DNA of 64,000 bases from an uncultured Spirochaetota bacterium (GTDB taxonomy: Bacteria; Spirochaetota; Spirochaetia; SZUA-6; Fen-1364): the NCBI GenBank assembly GCA_963820525.1, contig CAWGAA010000001.1:544001-608000 (forward strand). The letters are read 5' to 3'. A model generated the notes under the pieces. It saw only the letters and a program-made list of their open reading frames with translations, searched no databases and had not been told where the DNA came from. The first letter of the stretch is position 1; each line of letters opens with the position of its first letter. A program made the translations under genes and the position numbers. This document shows, piece by piece, positions 17,103 through 27,793 of this stretch.

Positions 17103-18262
17103 GCGAGTGCCTCTTCCTGGTCAAGTACGGGGAGATCGCCCTGAAGAAGGGGAACCGCGGCATGTTCCTCAAGGCGCTGAAGAGCTCGATTCGCGGCCGA
17201 CTGCCCGACAAGAGCGTTTCGGTCTATGAGACCTGGCATCGCGTCTATGTCCGCTCGGCCTCCGAGGGCAGGGGGATCATCGCCGAACGGCTGGCCAAGA
17301 CCTTCGGCGTCGTCTCGTTCTGCGAGGCGATCAAGACGGCCAAGGACCCCGAGGCGATCGACCGGGCGGCCGTCGAGCTGGCCCGAAGGTTCCTCGAGGC
17401 CGGCCTGGGCCACCGCTTCAAGATCGAAGCCAAGCGAGCGGACAAGACCTATCCGGCCCGCTCCTACGACATCGCGTGCAGGCTGGGAGACCTGCTTTTA
17501 AAAGGCTACCCCGAACTCACGGTCGACGTGAACCGGCCGGACTGGATTCTCATGGTGGAGATCCGGGAGAGCGCGTACCTCTATGGGCCGCAGACGGCGG
17601 GTCCGGGGGGGCTTCCCAGCGGAAGCTCGGGCAAGGGACTGCTCCTTCTCTCCGGGGGCATAGACTCCCCCGTGGCAGGATACATGATGGCCAAGCGGGG
17701 TCTGGCGCTGGAAGCCGTCTACTACCATTCGGCGCCCTTCACATCGGAAGAGGCGCGCCGGAAGGTGGAGAGCCTCACGCGCATCCTCGGGGGCTACGCG
17801 CCCGGCATCGTCCTGCACGTCGTGAACTTCACCCCGGTTCTGGCCCGGATACGGGAGAAAGCGCGCGAGGAGGAGACCACCCTGCTCATGCGCGCCTGCA
17901 TGATGAGCATCGCAAGCAGGCTCGCCGCCCGGTGCGGCGCCGGATGCATCATCACCGGCGAGAGCCTGGGGCAGGTGGCGAGCCAGACCATCGAGAGCAT
18001 CGCCTACACGGGAAGCTACGCGGATCGTCCCGTGTTCAGGCCCCTGATCGGCATGGACAAGGAGGAGATCGTCACGCACGCCCGGCGGATAGGGACTTTC
18101 GAGACTTCAAACCTTCCCTACGCCGACTGCTGCGTGCTGTTCTCTCCCGTCCACCCGCTCATCCATCCCTCTCTTGAGCGGATGGAGAAAAAGTACGCAT
18201 GGCTCCGCCTCGAGGATGTTCTCCAAGAGGCTCTTCAGAGCGTGGAATCGGCGAGTTGGTAA
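17099..18262 (+). CDS. thiI: tRNA 4-thiouridine(8) synthase ThiI (no rhodanese domain)
   Basis: KYGEIALKKGNR, THUMP domain, PP-loop SGGIDS, GESLGQVASQT, RPLIG.DK, DCC; ATGA overlap with iscS. Confidence 0.95.
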   Translation: MSECLFLVKYGEIALKKGNRGMFLKALKSSIRGRLPDKSVSVYETWHRVYVRSASEGRGIIAERLAKTFGVVSFCEAIKTAKDPEAIDRAAVELARRFLEAGLGHRFKIEAKRADKTYPARSYDIACRLGDLLLKGYPELTVDVNRPDWILMVEIRESAYLYGPQTAGPGGLPSGSSGKGLLLLSGGIDSPVAGYMMAKRGLALEAVYYHSAPFTSEEARRKVESLTRILGGYAPGIVLHVVNFTPVLARIREKAREEETTLLMRACMMSIASRLAARCGAGCIITGESLGQVASQTIESIAYTGSYADRPVFRPLIGMDKEEIVTHARRIGTFETSNLPYADCCVLFSPVHPLIHPSLERMEKKYAWLRLEDVLQEALQSVESASW

Positions 18263-18268
18263 TGAGAT

Positions 18269-18550
18269 TCAGCCCGACGATGTCTTCTCCGTCGAGCTTT
18301 CCTTCGGTTTGTCCGCCGCTTTTTCCTTGCCGCCCGAGCTTCCGTTGGTTCCCGTCAGGGTCGAGCTTCTCTTGTAGTCGGTCGTGTAGAAGCCGCTTCC
18401 CTTGAAAATGACGCCCATTCCGCCGTTGATCAGCCGGCGCAGAGATCCCTTGCTGCATTGGGGGCACCGTGACAGCGCCTTGTCCCTGATGCTCTGGATG
18501 GTCTCGAAGGTATGACCGCACGACGTGCACTCATACTCGTAGGTAGGCAT
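18269..18550 (-). CDS. FmdB family zinc-ribbon protein
   Basis: MPTYEYECxxC..CPxC..FKGSGFYTTDY. Confidence 0.93.
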   Translation of the reverse strand: MPTYEYECTSCGHTFETIQSIRDKALSRCPQCSKGSLRRLINGGMGVIFKGSGFYTTDYKRSSTLTGTNGSSGGKEKAADKPKESSTEKTSSG

Positions 18551-18593
18551 AAATTTCTTTCTCCTGAGAAGCTAGACACACAAGTTTAGCTCA

Positions 18594-18622
18594 AATATAA
18601 CGAAGATGCGGCCGAGAGACAA
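18594..18622 (-). promoter_or_regulatory. Putative promoter of the FmdB-family gene
   Basis: TTGTCT-N17-TATATT, AGGAG SD downstream. Confidence 0.55.
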
Positions 18623-18671
18623 GCCGGGGCGGAGGAGCGGGCGGGCCCCGACCCGCGGCTTCAGGAGAGGC

Positions 18672-19451
18672 TCAGAGCGGCACGGGGCTGACGCGCACGG
18701 GAACTCCGTTCTTCTTGAGATAGTCCTTGATCTCTCCGATTCGAAACAGCTGGTAATGGACCATGGAGGCGATGAGGGCGGCGTCGGCCTTGCCGTCGCG
18801 TAGCACCGTGAGCAGGTGCTCGGGCTTTCCCGCGCCCCCCGATGCGACGACGGGGATGCCGACGTTCTCAGAGATCATTCTCGTCACGGCGAGCTCATAG
18901 CCTTCCCGCGTGCCGTCCGCGTCGATGGAGTTCAGGACGATCTCCCCCGCGCCGAGGCTCTCCGCGGTTTTCGCCCACGCGAGGGCGTCCAGCTCCGTCT
19001 GCGTCCTGCCGCCGTCAACGACCACACGGTACCCCGAGGGCGCATCGGGGTCCTTCAACACGTCCATCCCCAGCACCACGCACTGCCTGCCGTACAGGGA
19101 AGCCCCCTCTTCGATGATGCCCGGGTTTCTCACCGCCTGGGAGTTGACGCTCACCTTTTCGGCGCCGGCGAGCAGGACCTCCCGCATGTCCGCCGCCGAG
19201 GAAAGCCCGCCGCCCACGGAAAAGGGAATGAAGATCGCCTCCCCCACCCGCCTCACCACGTCGATGAGGATCTTCCGCCGCTCCGCCGAGGCCGTGATGT
19301 CGTAGAACACCAGCTCATCCGCCCCCTCCTCGTAGTAGTAGCGGGCCATCGACACGGGATCCCCGACGTCGACGTTGTCGTGGAAGCGCACGCCCTTGGT
19401 GGTCCTTCCATTCTTGACGTCGAGGCAGATCACGATGCGCTTCGAAAGCAT
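18672..19451 (-). CDS. hisF: Imidazole glycerol phosphate synthase cyclase subunit
   Basis: [46 protein letters not shown]. Confidence 0.97.
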   Translation of the reverse strand: MLSKRIVICLDVKNGRTTKGVRFHDNVDVGDPVSMARYYYEEGADELVFYDITASAERRKILIDVVRRVGEAIFIPFSVGGGLSSAADMREVLLAGAEKVSVNSQAVRNPGIIEEGASLYGRQCVVLGMDVLKDPDAPSGYRVVVDGGRTQTELDALAWAKTAESLGAGEIVLNSIDADGTREGYELAVTRMISENVGIPVVASGGAGKPEHLLTVLRDGKADAALIASMVHYQLFRIGEIKDYLKKNGVPVRVSPVPL

Positions 19452-19457
19452 CTCGTC

Positions 19458-20078
19458 CTACACTTTCCAGGCAAGGAAGTCCGACAGGAGAAGCAGGCCC
19501 GCCTCGCCCGACTTCTCCAGGTGGAACTGGAACGCAATGAGGTTGTCCCGCGCGACCGCGGAGGGAAAATCGACGCCGTACTCGGTCCAGCCGCACACGT
19601 CCGTGCTTCGGGCGGGAGAGGGGTAGTAGGAGTGCACGAAGTAGAAGGAGGAGCCTTCCGAGATCCTGCGCGTGACGGGATGCTCGGGGACAAAGCGTAC
19701 CTGGTTCCATCCCATGTGGGGGATCTTCAGCCCTGAAGTCCGCGCGAAGCCCTTCACCGTCCCTTCGAGCAGGCCGAGGCAGGGCGTGCCGCGCTCCTCG
19801 GACCGCTCGAAGATGATCTGGCTTCCAATACAGATCCCGAGCATCTTTTTGCCGGAGCGGAAGAACTCGGCTATTGCCCCGTCGAGCCCCGTCTTCTTGA
19901 GCTGGGCCATTGCGGAGGCCGCTTCGCCGACCCCGGGGAAGATCATGGCCGATGCGCCGGTAAGCTCCTTCGGGTCCGAGGTAAGGAAGTGCTCCGCCGA
20001 GAGCCGTGCCAGGGCGTTCTGGACGCTCTTCAGGTTCCCCGCTCCGTAGTCGATGACCGCCAGGGCGCGTGCGTTCAT
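19458..20078 (-). CDS. hisH: Imidazole glycerol phosphate synthase glutaminase subunit
   Basis: IDYGAGNL, PGVG, LGICIG, PHMGWN, YFVHSY, QFH.EKS. Confidence 0.95.
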   Translation of the reverse strand: MNARALAVIDYGAGNLKSVQNALARLSAEHFLTSDPKELTGASAMIFPGVGEAASAMAQLKKTGLDGAIAEFFRSGKKMLGICIGSQIIFERSEERGTPCLGLLEGTVKGFARTSGLKIPHMGWNQVRFVPEHPVTRRISEGSSFYFVHSYYPSPARSTDVCGWTEYGVDFPSAVARDNLIAFQFHLEKSGEAGLLLLSDFLAWKV

Positions 20079-21022
20079 TTTTTCTCCGCTCCCACGGGAA
20101 CCGCCCCCGTGATCAGGGACATGAACAGGGGCACCATCTCGTCCTCGCTGAAGGATAGGCCGGTCAGGACCACCTGGTTTCCCGCCGGCGTGATGGAGAT
20201 GGCGTCGAGTCTCTCCGCCACGTCCGCGATGGCCTGCGAGCGCAGCCATGCCACGAGCGCGAGCTTCATGACCATGGCGAGGAGCCTCGCCTCCTTCTCC
20301 GTGGACAGATTGACGGTTCCCCCCACCTGGTACCCATTCTTGTCCTTGCGCGCATCCAGCCACGTCTCGTGGATGGGTATGTGAACGCTGCCGACCGCTT
20401 TTTCGGTGATGCCGCCGGGGAGCTCCGGCAGATAGAGCACGAGGTCCGACTTTCCCATGTCCCTTACGACATCAGCGGGAAGGCTTAAGGCGGCGGATTG
20501 CCGCAGGCGTGAGAAGAGCGGGCCCATGTTGCCGTTTGAAAACAGGATCACGGAGCCCGCCGGCACGCCGAGCTCGAGCCCGCCCTTCGCGGACTGGTAC
20601 CAGCTGCCCGCTTGCGAGCTCCTGCTCTTCCACTCCGCGCTCGATCCCAGGCGCAGGCCAAGGAGAAACGTGGGGTAGCTGCCAAGCGCAACGGCGGAGA
20701 AACGCGGCGCCTCGCCCGGCACCAGGGTGATGGCGATATACAGCTTCCTGGTCATGTCCAAAAGAGAGGCCACGTCGTTGTACGCCGGCCCCGCCTGGGT
20801 CAGGGCCTTCTTGATGGTGGAAAGCGACGACTGCACCGAAAGGGAAACATAGAGCGTGCCGTCGTCGGGAAGCACTCCCAGCCATTGGGGCGCGGATTTC
20901 TCGGGGATCGTGGCGCATGAGGCGAGCAGCGCCAACAGCAGGCCCGCCGCAAAAAGGGAGATGCGCCGCCGGCCGCGCTGGGCTAGGTTGTCCCGTGAGC
21001 TTTCTTCACCGAAACGGTGCAT
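20075..21022 (-). CDS. Hypothetical lipoprotein (start uncertain)
   Basis: Basic N-region then LLLALLAS-C lipobox; stop overlaps the hisH ATG. Confidence 0.7.
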   Translation of the reverse strand: MHRFGEESSRDNLAQRGRRRISLFAAGLLLALLASCATIPEKSAPQWLGVLPDDGTLYVSLSVQSSLSTIKKALTQAGPAYNDVASLLDMTRKLYIAITLVPGEAPRFSAVALGSYPTFLLGLRLGSSAEWKSRSSQAGSWYQSAKGGLELGVPAGSVILFSNGNMGPLFSRLRQSAALSLPADVVRDMGKSDLVLYLPELPGGITEKAVGSVHIPIHETWLDARKDKNGYQVGGTVNLSTEKEARLLAMVMKLALVAWLRSQAIADVAERLDAISITPAGNQVVLTGLSFSEDEMVPLFMSLITGAVPVGAEKK

Positions 21023-24000
21023 GTTTGCTCGCCGCACTCGATCTCCTTGCCGCCCCGCTGGGGCTTCTTCCACTCCCACGAGACCGCGAGGGTCTCGGCC
21101 TTCAAGTGATCCGCAAACCTTTCAACGGCGCTTCGAACCGCTTCGGGGCCGTGGAGGGCAAGCTCGACCCTATCGGTCACTTCGAGGCCGATCTCCTTCC
21201 TGATGTTCTGGATGCCGCGGATCATGTCGCGCACCAATCCCTCGTCGATGAGCTCCTGGGTCAGCTGCGGGTCGAGGGCGACGGTGAGGGAGCCGTCGTT
21301 TATCACCTTGAGGTTCGCCTTCTCCAGCCTCTGGATCTCGACCTCCTCGGGGGCAAGGGGGAACTGCCTCTCTCCCAGCTCGACGGAGACCGCCTCCTTG
21401 CCCAACAGCCGGCGGATGTCACCCTGGGAGAGCTTCTCGATGCGGTCCGCCGCGGCTTTCATGTCCTTTCCCAGGCGCTTTCCCAGAAGCCGGAAGTTGG
21501 CCTTGGCCTTGTATTCGACAAGGTCCTCCTCGTTCTCGCCCAGGATCACGCTCTTCACGTTGAGCTCTTCCTTGATCAGCTCTTCCATCTCCTGGAGGAT
21601 CCGCCTCTCGGCGGCGTCCCGGGTGACGAGGTGAAGCGCCGTGAGGGGCTGGCGGATCTTCAGCGAGTACTCGGTTCGGAGGCTGCGCCCCATGGACACG
21701 GCCTTCACCGCCGCCTGCATCTTGCGCTCCAGCTCCGGGTCTCTGAGCCTCTCGTTGTAGACGGGGTAGTCCGCGAGGTGGATCGACTCGGGCATGCCGG
21801 GGGCCTTGAGGTTTCTGTAGATCTCTTCGGTGACAAATGGAATGAAGGGGGCTGCCACCAGGATGAGCTTCATCAGGGCCGTGGAGAGGCTCTGATAGGC
21901 CTGGCGCTTGTCAAGGTCGTTTCCCGACTTCCAGAACCTCCTGCGGGAGCGGCGGATGTACCAGTTTGTGAGAAGGTCGAGGAAGACAACGAAGCGGTCC
22001 ACGGCCTTCTGCAGATCGTAGAGCTCCATCTGCTCGGTCACGTCCTTGACCATGCTTTCGGCCTCCGAGATGATCCAGCGGTCAAGCGCGTTGGACGGGG
22101 CCTCGGGGGCTCCCTGGACCGTGATCCCGTCGATGTTGGCGTACGTCACGAAGAAGCTGTAGGCGTTCCACAGGGGGATCAGGACGTTCTTCACCACTTC
22201 CTTGACTCCCGCCTCCGAGAAGCGGAGGTCCTCGGCCCGGAGCACCGCCGAATCGACGAGGAACAGCCGCATGGCGTCCGCGCCGTAGGTATCGATCACC
22301 TCCACGGGATCCGTGTAGTTCCTGGCGCTCTTGGACATCTTCTTGCTTTCCGAGTCCAGGATGAGCCCGCTCACGATGACGTGCTCGAAGGCCGGCTTGT
22401 TGCACAGGGCGGCGGCAAGCACGGTGAGGGTGTAGAACCATCCCCGCGTCTGGTCGATCGATTCGGAGATGAAGTCCGCTGGGAAATGGGCGTCGAAGTG
22501 CTCCCTGTTCTCGAAGGGGTAGTGGTTCTGGCCGTAGGGCATTGCCCCGGATTCGAACCAGCAGTCGAGGACCTCGGGGATCCTCTTCATCGTCCCGCCG
22601 CACTCGCAGGGGAAGGTGAGCGCATCGATGAAATGCTTGTGCAGATCCGTGACCTTTGCGCCCGTGAGCTTCTCGAGCTCCGTTCGCGAGCCGATGCAGA
22701 TCGTTTTGCTGCAAGAGTCGCAGCGCCAGATCGGAAGGGGGTTTCCCCAGTAGCGGCTGCGGGAGATGGCCCAATCGCGGGCCCCCTCCAGCCATTTGCC
22801 GAACCTTCCTTCCTTGAGGTGGGACGGCATCCAGTAAATGGTGTCGTTGCCGGCAAGCATGACCGGCTTGATCTTCTCCAGAGCGACGAACCACGAGGAG
22901 ATGGCGCGGTAGATCAGGGGGCTTCCGCAGCGCCAGCAGTGGGGATAGCTGTGGCGGTAGGTGTCGTGGCGGACGAGCCGGTGGGCGGCCTTGAGGTCCT
23001 TGATGATGTTCTTGTCCGCGTCCTTGACGAACTGCCCGGCATAGGCGGCCGCCTCGCCCGTGAACCGGGCCTCCGCGTCCACGGGAACCACGGTGGGGAT
23101 CGCGGTGCCCTTCAGCAGGTTGTAGTCGTCCTCCCCGAAGCCCGGGGCGATATGCACGATCCCGGTCCCCTCTTCCGTGCTCAAGAAATCACCAATGAAG
23201 GTGCGAAACGCCCCCTTCTCCTTCAGCCCGGCGAAGAAGGGGAAAAGCGGAACGTACCCTTTTCCCGCAAGCTCGGAGCCCTTGGCCCGGGAGACGATCT
23301 CATACTCGGAGGGGCTCTTGTAATAGGCGGGGAGCCTCTCCTCCGCCAGGATGAACTTCTCCTGGCCGTCGCGAACCGTCACGTAGGTGATGTCCCTCCC
23401 CAGAGCCAGCGCAAGGTTCGACGGCAGGGTCCAGGGGGTCGTTGTCCACGCCAGGAACGAGGTGTCGGGTTGGCCCTCCAGGGGGAACGTGACCGTTATG
23501 GCGGGATCCGAAACATCGAGGTATCCGCCCAGGTTGAGCTCGAAGTTGGAGAGAGCCGTCGAGCATCGGGGGCAGTAGGGCAGGATGTAGTACCCCTCGT
23601 AGAGCAGGCCCTTCTTCCACAGCTCGCTCATGACCCACCAGATGGATTCCATGTAATCGGGGTCCATGGTCTTGTAGTCGTTGTCGAAATCGACCCACCG
23701 GCCCAGGCGCGTGATGGTCTTGCGCCATTCCTTTGTGTAGCGAAGGACAATGGACCGGCACGCCTCGTTGAACTTCGCCACGCCGTAGCTTTCGATCTCG
23801 CGCTTTCCCGAGATGCCCAGCTCCTTCTCCATCTCATACTCGACGGGCAGGCCGTGGCAGTCCCAGCCGAAGCGGCGCTCGACCTTGTAGCCCCGCATCG
23901 TCTGATAGCGGGGGATGACGTCCTTGACCGTGCTGGGAACGAAATGACCGTAATGGGGAAGGCCCGTGGCGAACGGGGGTCCGTCGTAGAAGACGAACTC

Positions 24001-24117
24001 CCGGCCGCCGTCGCGCTCGGCGATGGATTTCTTGAAGATGTCCCTCTCCTGCCAGAAAGCGAGTATCCCCTCTTCCATCTTCGGAAAGCTCACCTTGGCC
24101 TCGACCGGCTTGTACAA
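20983..24117 (-). CDS. ileS: Isoleucine--tRNA ligase, type 2
   Basis: DGPPFATGLPHYGH, GWDCHGLP, WTTTPWTLPSN, DW.ISR.RYWG, KMSKS; long type-2 C-terminus without the zinc finger. Confidence 0.97.
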   Translation of the reverse strand: MYKPVEAKVSFPKMEEGILAFWQERDIFKKSIAERDGGREFVFYDGPPFATGLPHYGHFVPSTVKDVIPRYQTMRGYKVERRFGWDCHGLPVEYEMEKELGISGKREIESYGVAKFNEACRSIVLRYTKEWRKTITRLGRWVDFDNDYKTMDPDYMESIWWVMSELWKKGLLYEGYYILPYCPRCSTALSNFELNLGGYLDVSDPAITVTFPLEGQPDTSFLAWTTTPWTLPSNLALALGRDITYVTVRDGQEKFILAEERLPAYYKSPSEYEIVSRAKGSELAGKGYVPLFPFFAGLKEKGAFRTFIGDFLSTEEGTGIVHIAPGFGEDDYNLLKGTAIPTVVPVDAEARFTGEAAAYAGQFVKDADKNIIKDLKAAHRLVRHDTYRHSYPHCWRCGSPLIYRAISSWFVALEKIKPVMLAGNDTIYWMPSHLKEGRFGKWLEGARDWAISRSRYWGNPLPIWRCDSCSKTICIGSRTELEKLTGAKVTDLHKHFIDALTFPCECGGTMKRIPEVLDCWFESGAMPYGQNHYPFENREHFDAHFPADFISESIDQTRGWFYTLTVLAAALCNKPAFEHVIVSGLILDSESKKMSKSARNYTDPVEVIDTYGADAMRLFLVDSAVLRAEDLRFSEAGVKEVVKNVLIPLWNAYSFFVTYANIDGITVQGAPEAPSNALDRWIISEAESMVKDVTEQMELYDLQKAVDRFVVFLDLLTNWYIRRSRRRFWKSGNDLDKRQAYQSLSTALMKLILVAAPFIPFVTEEIYRNLKAPGMPESIHLADYPVYNERLRDPELERKMQAAVKAVSMGRSLRTEYSLKIRQPLTALHLVTRDAAERRILQEMEELIKEELNVKSVILGENEEDLVEYKAKANFRLLGKRLGKDMKAAADRIEKLSQGDIRRLLGKEAVSVELGERQFPLAPEEVEIQRLEKANLKVINDGSLTVALDPQLTQELIDEGLVRDMIRGIQNIRKEIGLEVTDRVELALHGPEAVRSAVERFADHLKAETLAVSWEWKKPQRGGKEIECGEQTCTVSVKKAHGTT

Positions 24118-24249
24118 GACTCGCGGCCTCCTTGCCTGTTATATATGCTGAAAAAAAAGGGGGCGAGTCAAGGCACGCGCGGCGGCGGGAGGCATGTGGG
24201 TTGCTCTGCGTCGCGGGATCGTGATATCGTTTTTGGCGGACGGTGACGC

Positions 24250-25932
24250 GTGGCGGATACATTCTCCATCCTCGCCAGGCAGCTGAGCATGGCGGAAAGA
24301 AAGCTTCTGCTCTCCCGCATCATGGCCGCCGGCGTGCGGGAGGAGCCCCAGGAGCCGGACGCCGAAACGCCCCGCGAACCGCCTCCCCAGAGCGTCGATT
24401 CCGAATATGCAGGCCTGAGCTTCCTGGGCAAGCTGATCCTCCTGATAAAAAGCTTCTTCACCCGCAAGTCCACGTACGAGCTCACCGAGCAGCTCATCCT
24501 CAGGAGGATCCGGTGGGACATCGAGGCATCGGCGCCGGGCCTGATCGATTTCCGCGCCGAGGCTTTCACCGCCAAAATGAGGGCCGAAATGGAGGCAGTC
24601 AGGCCGTCGCTCTCCTTCTTCCGCGCCGTTCTCGACGGCACTGCGAAACAGCGGGACTTCATCGCCTTTCTCACGGGAATCGAGCTTGCCCCCCTGAACG
24701 AGCAGATCATGGCGGAAACGGATCCCCGCGCGATCTTCCAGGAGCCGTTCCTGGCCGAAGAGAGGGCGATACGCTCCGAGATGTGGGACCGCTTCGACAG
24801 GCTTCTCGCCGGCATTCCGCCGGACAGAAAGGCGAACGCCTACCGCGACATGCGGCGTCTCCATGCCTTCGAGGCTCTCGCTTCCCTGCGGATAGAGGAT
24901 TCCATCGCGCTGTTCCCGAAGGAGGGAGGCGGCCCCCGGCTCTTCGAGCTGGAAGCCCGGCTCATGCAGCTGTGCGACACCATGGCGGCCGTCGCGGATC
25001 CTCCCAGCCCCGTCGCCTGGAGCGCGCTTTTCCTCTTCCGTTCGAGCGAAGCTCTGGAAGACCCCGATTTCGACATGGAGAAGGGCTGCGTCGCGTTCAT
25101 CGCCCGGGCAGCCGCGGCCCGGCGCGCGATCCTGGATTTCGCGCACGGCGTGAATCTCACCAAGATCGTGCGCTACATATTAAAGGACATCTCGTATGTG
25201 CCGAATGAGCCGGGAGGGGGCGAAGAATGGTTCGTCCTGTTCCGCAGCTTCTGGGAGGACCGGATGGAGGAGGTCCTGCGGCGCTTCTCGCAGGATCGCA
25301 GGAAGCAGGCCTGCGTCACCGAGGCCCTCGAGTTTTTTGGGCTGCCCCGCCTCGCCTACCTCGAGAACTACCGCTCGGGGAGGTATGGAGACCATTTCGC
25401 CCCCCGTCATGAAACCTCGCTGGCCATTGTGCGGGCATTCTACGAATCCGTGTTCCAGCCCAAGATGGACAGGTACCTGAAAATCCTCAATATAAACGGT
25501 GATTTCTATAAGGAGGAGAACCGCGCGGCGTTCGCCGACTGCTACGAGAAGCTCGTGGGGGCCCGGGAGAAGCTCACCGAGCTGGACAGGCGGCTTTCAG
25601 CGGGGAGCGATCTCGGGGCGCGGATCGCCGAGCTCGCGGCGGAGAGCTCGTCGCTGGAGAGCCGCGGCAAGCTCGGCTCCCTGGCCAACGAGGCCAACCT
25701 GGAAGCCAGAAAGATCGTGGATACCGTGTACTCCACGCTCAACCAGCTCAGCCGCATCCTCTTCGGGCTTCTCTTCGGGGAAGCGGGCGGTCCCTACGAT
25801 TCCATCACGAACCTCAACACCATCGGGGGCCGGGAAAACCGTCTTATCCTGAAGGGCCTCGATGATGCGATACACTCCATCGATCGAGTCGCCGCGCTCC
25901 TTGCCGCGGTACGCGACGTGGAGATGGGATGA
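24250..25932 (+). CDS. Conserved spirochete hypothetical protein (DUF5312-like, from recall)
   Basis: 560-aa helical ORF with coding-like codon usage; GGEEWF motif; upstream TTGCTC-N18-TATCGT. Confidence 0.65.
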   Translation: MADTFSILARQLSMAERKLLLSRIMAAGVREEPQEPDAETPREPPPQSVDSEYAGLSFLGKLILLIKSFFTRKSTYELTEQLILRRIRWDIEASAPGLIDFRAEAFTAKMRAEMEAVRPSLSFFRAVLDGTAKQRDFIAFLTGIELAPLNEQIMAETDPRAIFQEPFLAEERAIRSEMWDRFDRLLAGIPPDRKANAYRDMRRLHAFEALASLRIEDSIALFPKEGGGPRLFELEARLMQLCDTMAAVADPPSPVAWSALFLFRSSEALEDPDFDMEKGCVAFIARAAAARRAILDFAHGVNLTKIVRYILKDISYVPNEPGGGEEWFVLFRSFWEDRMEEVLRRFSQDRRKQACVTEALEFFGLPRLAYLENYRSGRYGDHFAPRHETSLAIVRAFYESVFQPKMDRYLKILNINGDFYKEENRAAFADCYEKLVGAREKLTELDRRLSAGSDLGARIAELAAESSSLESRGKLGSLANEANLEARKIVDTVYSTLNQLSRILFGLLFGEAGGPYDSITNLNTIGGRENRLILKGLDDAIHSIDRVAALLAAVRDVEMG

Positions 25933-26029
25933 CGCCCGCGCCGGCGGCATGACGCCCATGCGGCCCGCCTTCCCGCTCACTTGAAATCCCCCACCGGCTC
26001 TGCTTAAATACCCCGGAGGAACCCACCCC

Positions 26030-27793
26030 ATGCAGAGATATCGAGAGCTCTGGCGCGACGCCGTCATGGCGTCCCTGATCCGGCTTGCCGGTGAGGCTGC
26101 GGCCGTCGAAACGGCAGGCGTCGTGACCGAGACCCCGCCAAACCCCGAGATGGGCGACATCGCTTTCCCCATGTTCCCTTATGCGCGGATTCTGCGCAAA
26201 CCCCCCCCGGCCATCGCGCAGGATGTCGCCCGAGAGCTCTCCTCCACGGGAGCCGTTCCGGCCGCGGCCCCCGGAGTCGCATCGGCTGCGGGCCCCTATG
26301 TCAACATCGCCCTCGACCACGCTTCCCTGATCACGGACATCCTGGCGCAGATCGAATCCGCCGGGGCCTCGTTCGGCGCGGGGGGGGCGCTTGCCGGTAC
26401 GAGGATCATGCTCGAGTTCTCCTGCCCGAACACGAACAAGCCGCTGCACCTCGGCCACCTTCGAAACGACGCCATTGGGGAGAGCCTCTCGCGGATACTC
26501 AGGGAAGCAGGCGCGCGCGTGCAGAAGGTCAACCTCATCAATGACAGGGGAGTCCACATCTGCCAGTCCATGCTCGCCTACCAGACGTTCGGCGGAGGCG
26601 CGACCCCCGAGAGCGCTTCGGTCAAGGGAGACCACTTCGTCGGCGACTTCTACGTGCGCTTCCACCAGTGGGCCAAGGACAACCCCGGGGCTGAGGAGAG
26701 CGTGCGGCGGATGCTCAGGGCGTGGGAAGACGGAGATCCCGAGGTCCGCGCCCTGTGGGCGAAAATGAACGGGTGGGTCATCTCGGGGATCGAGGAAACG
26801 TACCGCAGAACGGGAATCTCCTTCGACAAGGTCTACCGGGAAAGCGAGATCTTCGAGCTGGGGAGGTCCGAGGTGATGGCCGGCCTCGAGAAGGGGATTT
26901 TCCAGCGGGACCCCGACGGCTCGGTCTGGGCAGACCTGACCGAGAGGGGGCTGGACCGGGAGGTCCTCCTGCGCGCGGACGGAACGTCCCTCTACCTGAC
27001 CCAGGACATCGGGACGGCCATCGAGCGCTCGAGGGACTGGCCCTTCGACAGGCTCGTGTATGTCGTGGGCTCCGAGCAGAAGTATCACTTCCGCGTCCTG
27101 TTCCAGGTCCTGGATCTCCTGGGCTACGTCTGGGCGGGAAACCTCTTCCACCTCGCCTATGGAATGGTCCATCTGCCCGAGGGCAAAATGAAGTCGCGCG
27201 AGGGGACCGTCGTGGACGCAGATGACCTGCTGGACGAGCTGGAGAGGCTCGCCCGGGAGGAGATCAAGGGCAAGGAGAGGGAGGGAGAAGTCGGGGACCT
27301 CGAGAAAACGGCGCGCGAAGTGGCCATCGCAGCCCTGAACTACTACCTCCTGCAGATCTCGCCCCAGAAGGACATGACCTTCGACCCGAAGGAATCGATC
27401 TCCTTCAACGGCAACACGGGTCCCTATCTCCAGTACACCGGGGCGCGGATCTCCAGCATGATGAGAAAGTTCGAGCAGAGACGGGAGAGCTACGCCGGCG
27501 GCCGATACGATCCTTCCTCGCTCGCCCTGGCCGAGGAGTGGGAGATCGCCAAATCGCTGGCATCGCTTCCCGAGACGATCTTTGCCGCGGCACGGGACCT
27601 CAACCCTTCAGGAGTGGCCGTGTACCTCTACGAGCTGTGCAAGAGCTTCAGCCGCTATTACCAGGATCATCCCGTGCTCAGGAACGAGGACTCAAGCCTC
27701 GTCGTATCGCGGATCGCGCTGGTGAAAGCGGTCCTGCAGGTGCTCACGAATGGCTTCCGGCTCCTGGGGATCCCGTTCCTCGAGGCGATGTGA
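26030..27793 (+). CDS. argS: Arginine--tRNA ligase
   Basis: PNTNKPLHLGH, NDRG.HIC, KMKSREG, GNTGPYLQYT.ARI. Confidence 0.97.
   Translation: MQRYRELWRDAVMASLIRLAGEAAAVETAGVVTETPPNPEMGDIAFPMFPYARILRKPPPAIAQDVARELSSTGAVPAAAPGVASAAGPYVNIALDHASLITDILAQIESAGASFGAGGALAGTRIMLEFSCPNTNKPLHLGHLRNDAIGESLSRILREAGARVQKVNLINDRGVHICQSMLAYQTFGGGATPESASVKGDHFVGDFYVRFHQWAKDNPGAEESVRRMLRAWEDGDPEVRALWAKMNGWVISGIEETYRRTGISFDKVYRESEIFELGRSEVMAGLEKGIFQRDPDGSVWADLTERGLDREVLLRADGTSLYLTQDIGTAIERSRDWPFDRLVYVVGSEQKYHFRVLFQVLDLLGYVWAGNLFHLAYGMVHLPEGKMKSREGTVVDADDLLDELERLAREEIKGKEREGEVGDLEKTAREVAIAALNYYLLQISPQKDMTFDPKESISFNGNTGPYLQYTGARISSMMRKFEQRRESYAGGRYDPSSLALAEEWEIAKSLASLPETIFAAARDLNPSGVAVYLYELCKSFSRYYQDHPVLRNEDSSLVVSRIALVKAVLQVLTNGFRLLGIPFLEAM

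Noticed and set aside
19510..19535. HisH QFHLEKS instead of QFHPEKS
   Set aside because: Catalytic Cys, His and Glu are intact; a single non-catalytic substitution.
20983..24117. Type-2 IleRS as an acquired mupirocin-resistance gene
   Set aside because: Type 2 is the usual housekeeping form in spirochetes; no mobile context.
24140..24171. ileS promoter or T-box leader
   Set aside because: TTGACT is present but no well-spaced -10; the intergenic region is too short for a T-box.
20917..24246. 1109-aa plus-strand ORF, and similar long antisense ORFs (48189-50672, 54413-56569, 36749-38251, 3087-4709)
   Set aside because: Shadow frames opposite well-supported genes in high-GC DNA; no recognisable motifs.
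27744..27793. Convergent overlap of argS and the CAP gene
   Set aside because: The overlap is a low-complexity tail, common in GC-rich genomes; no functional link evident.
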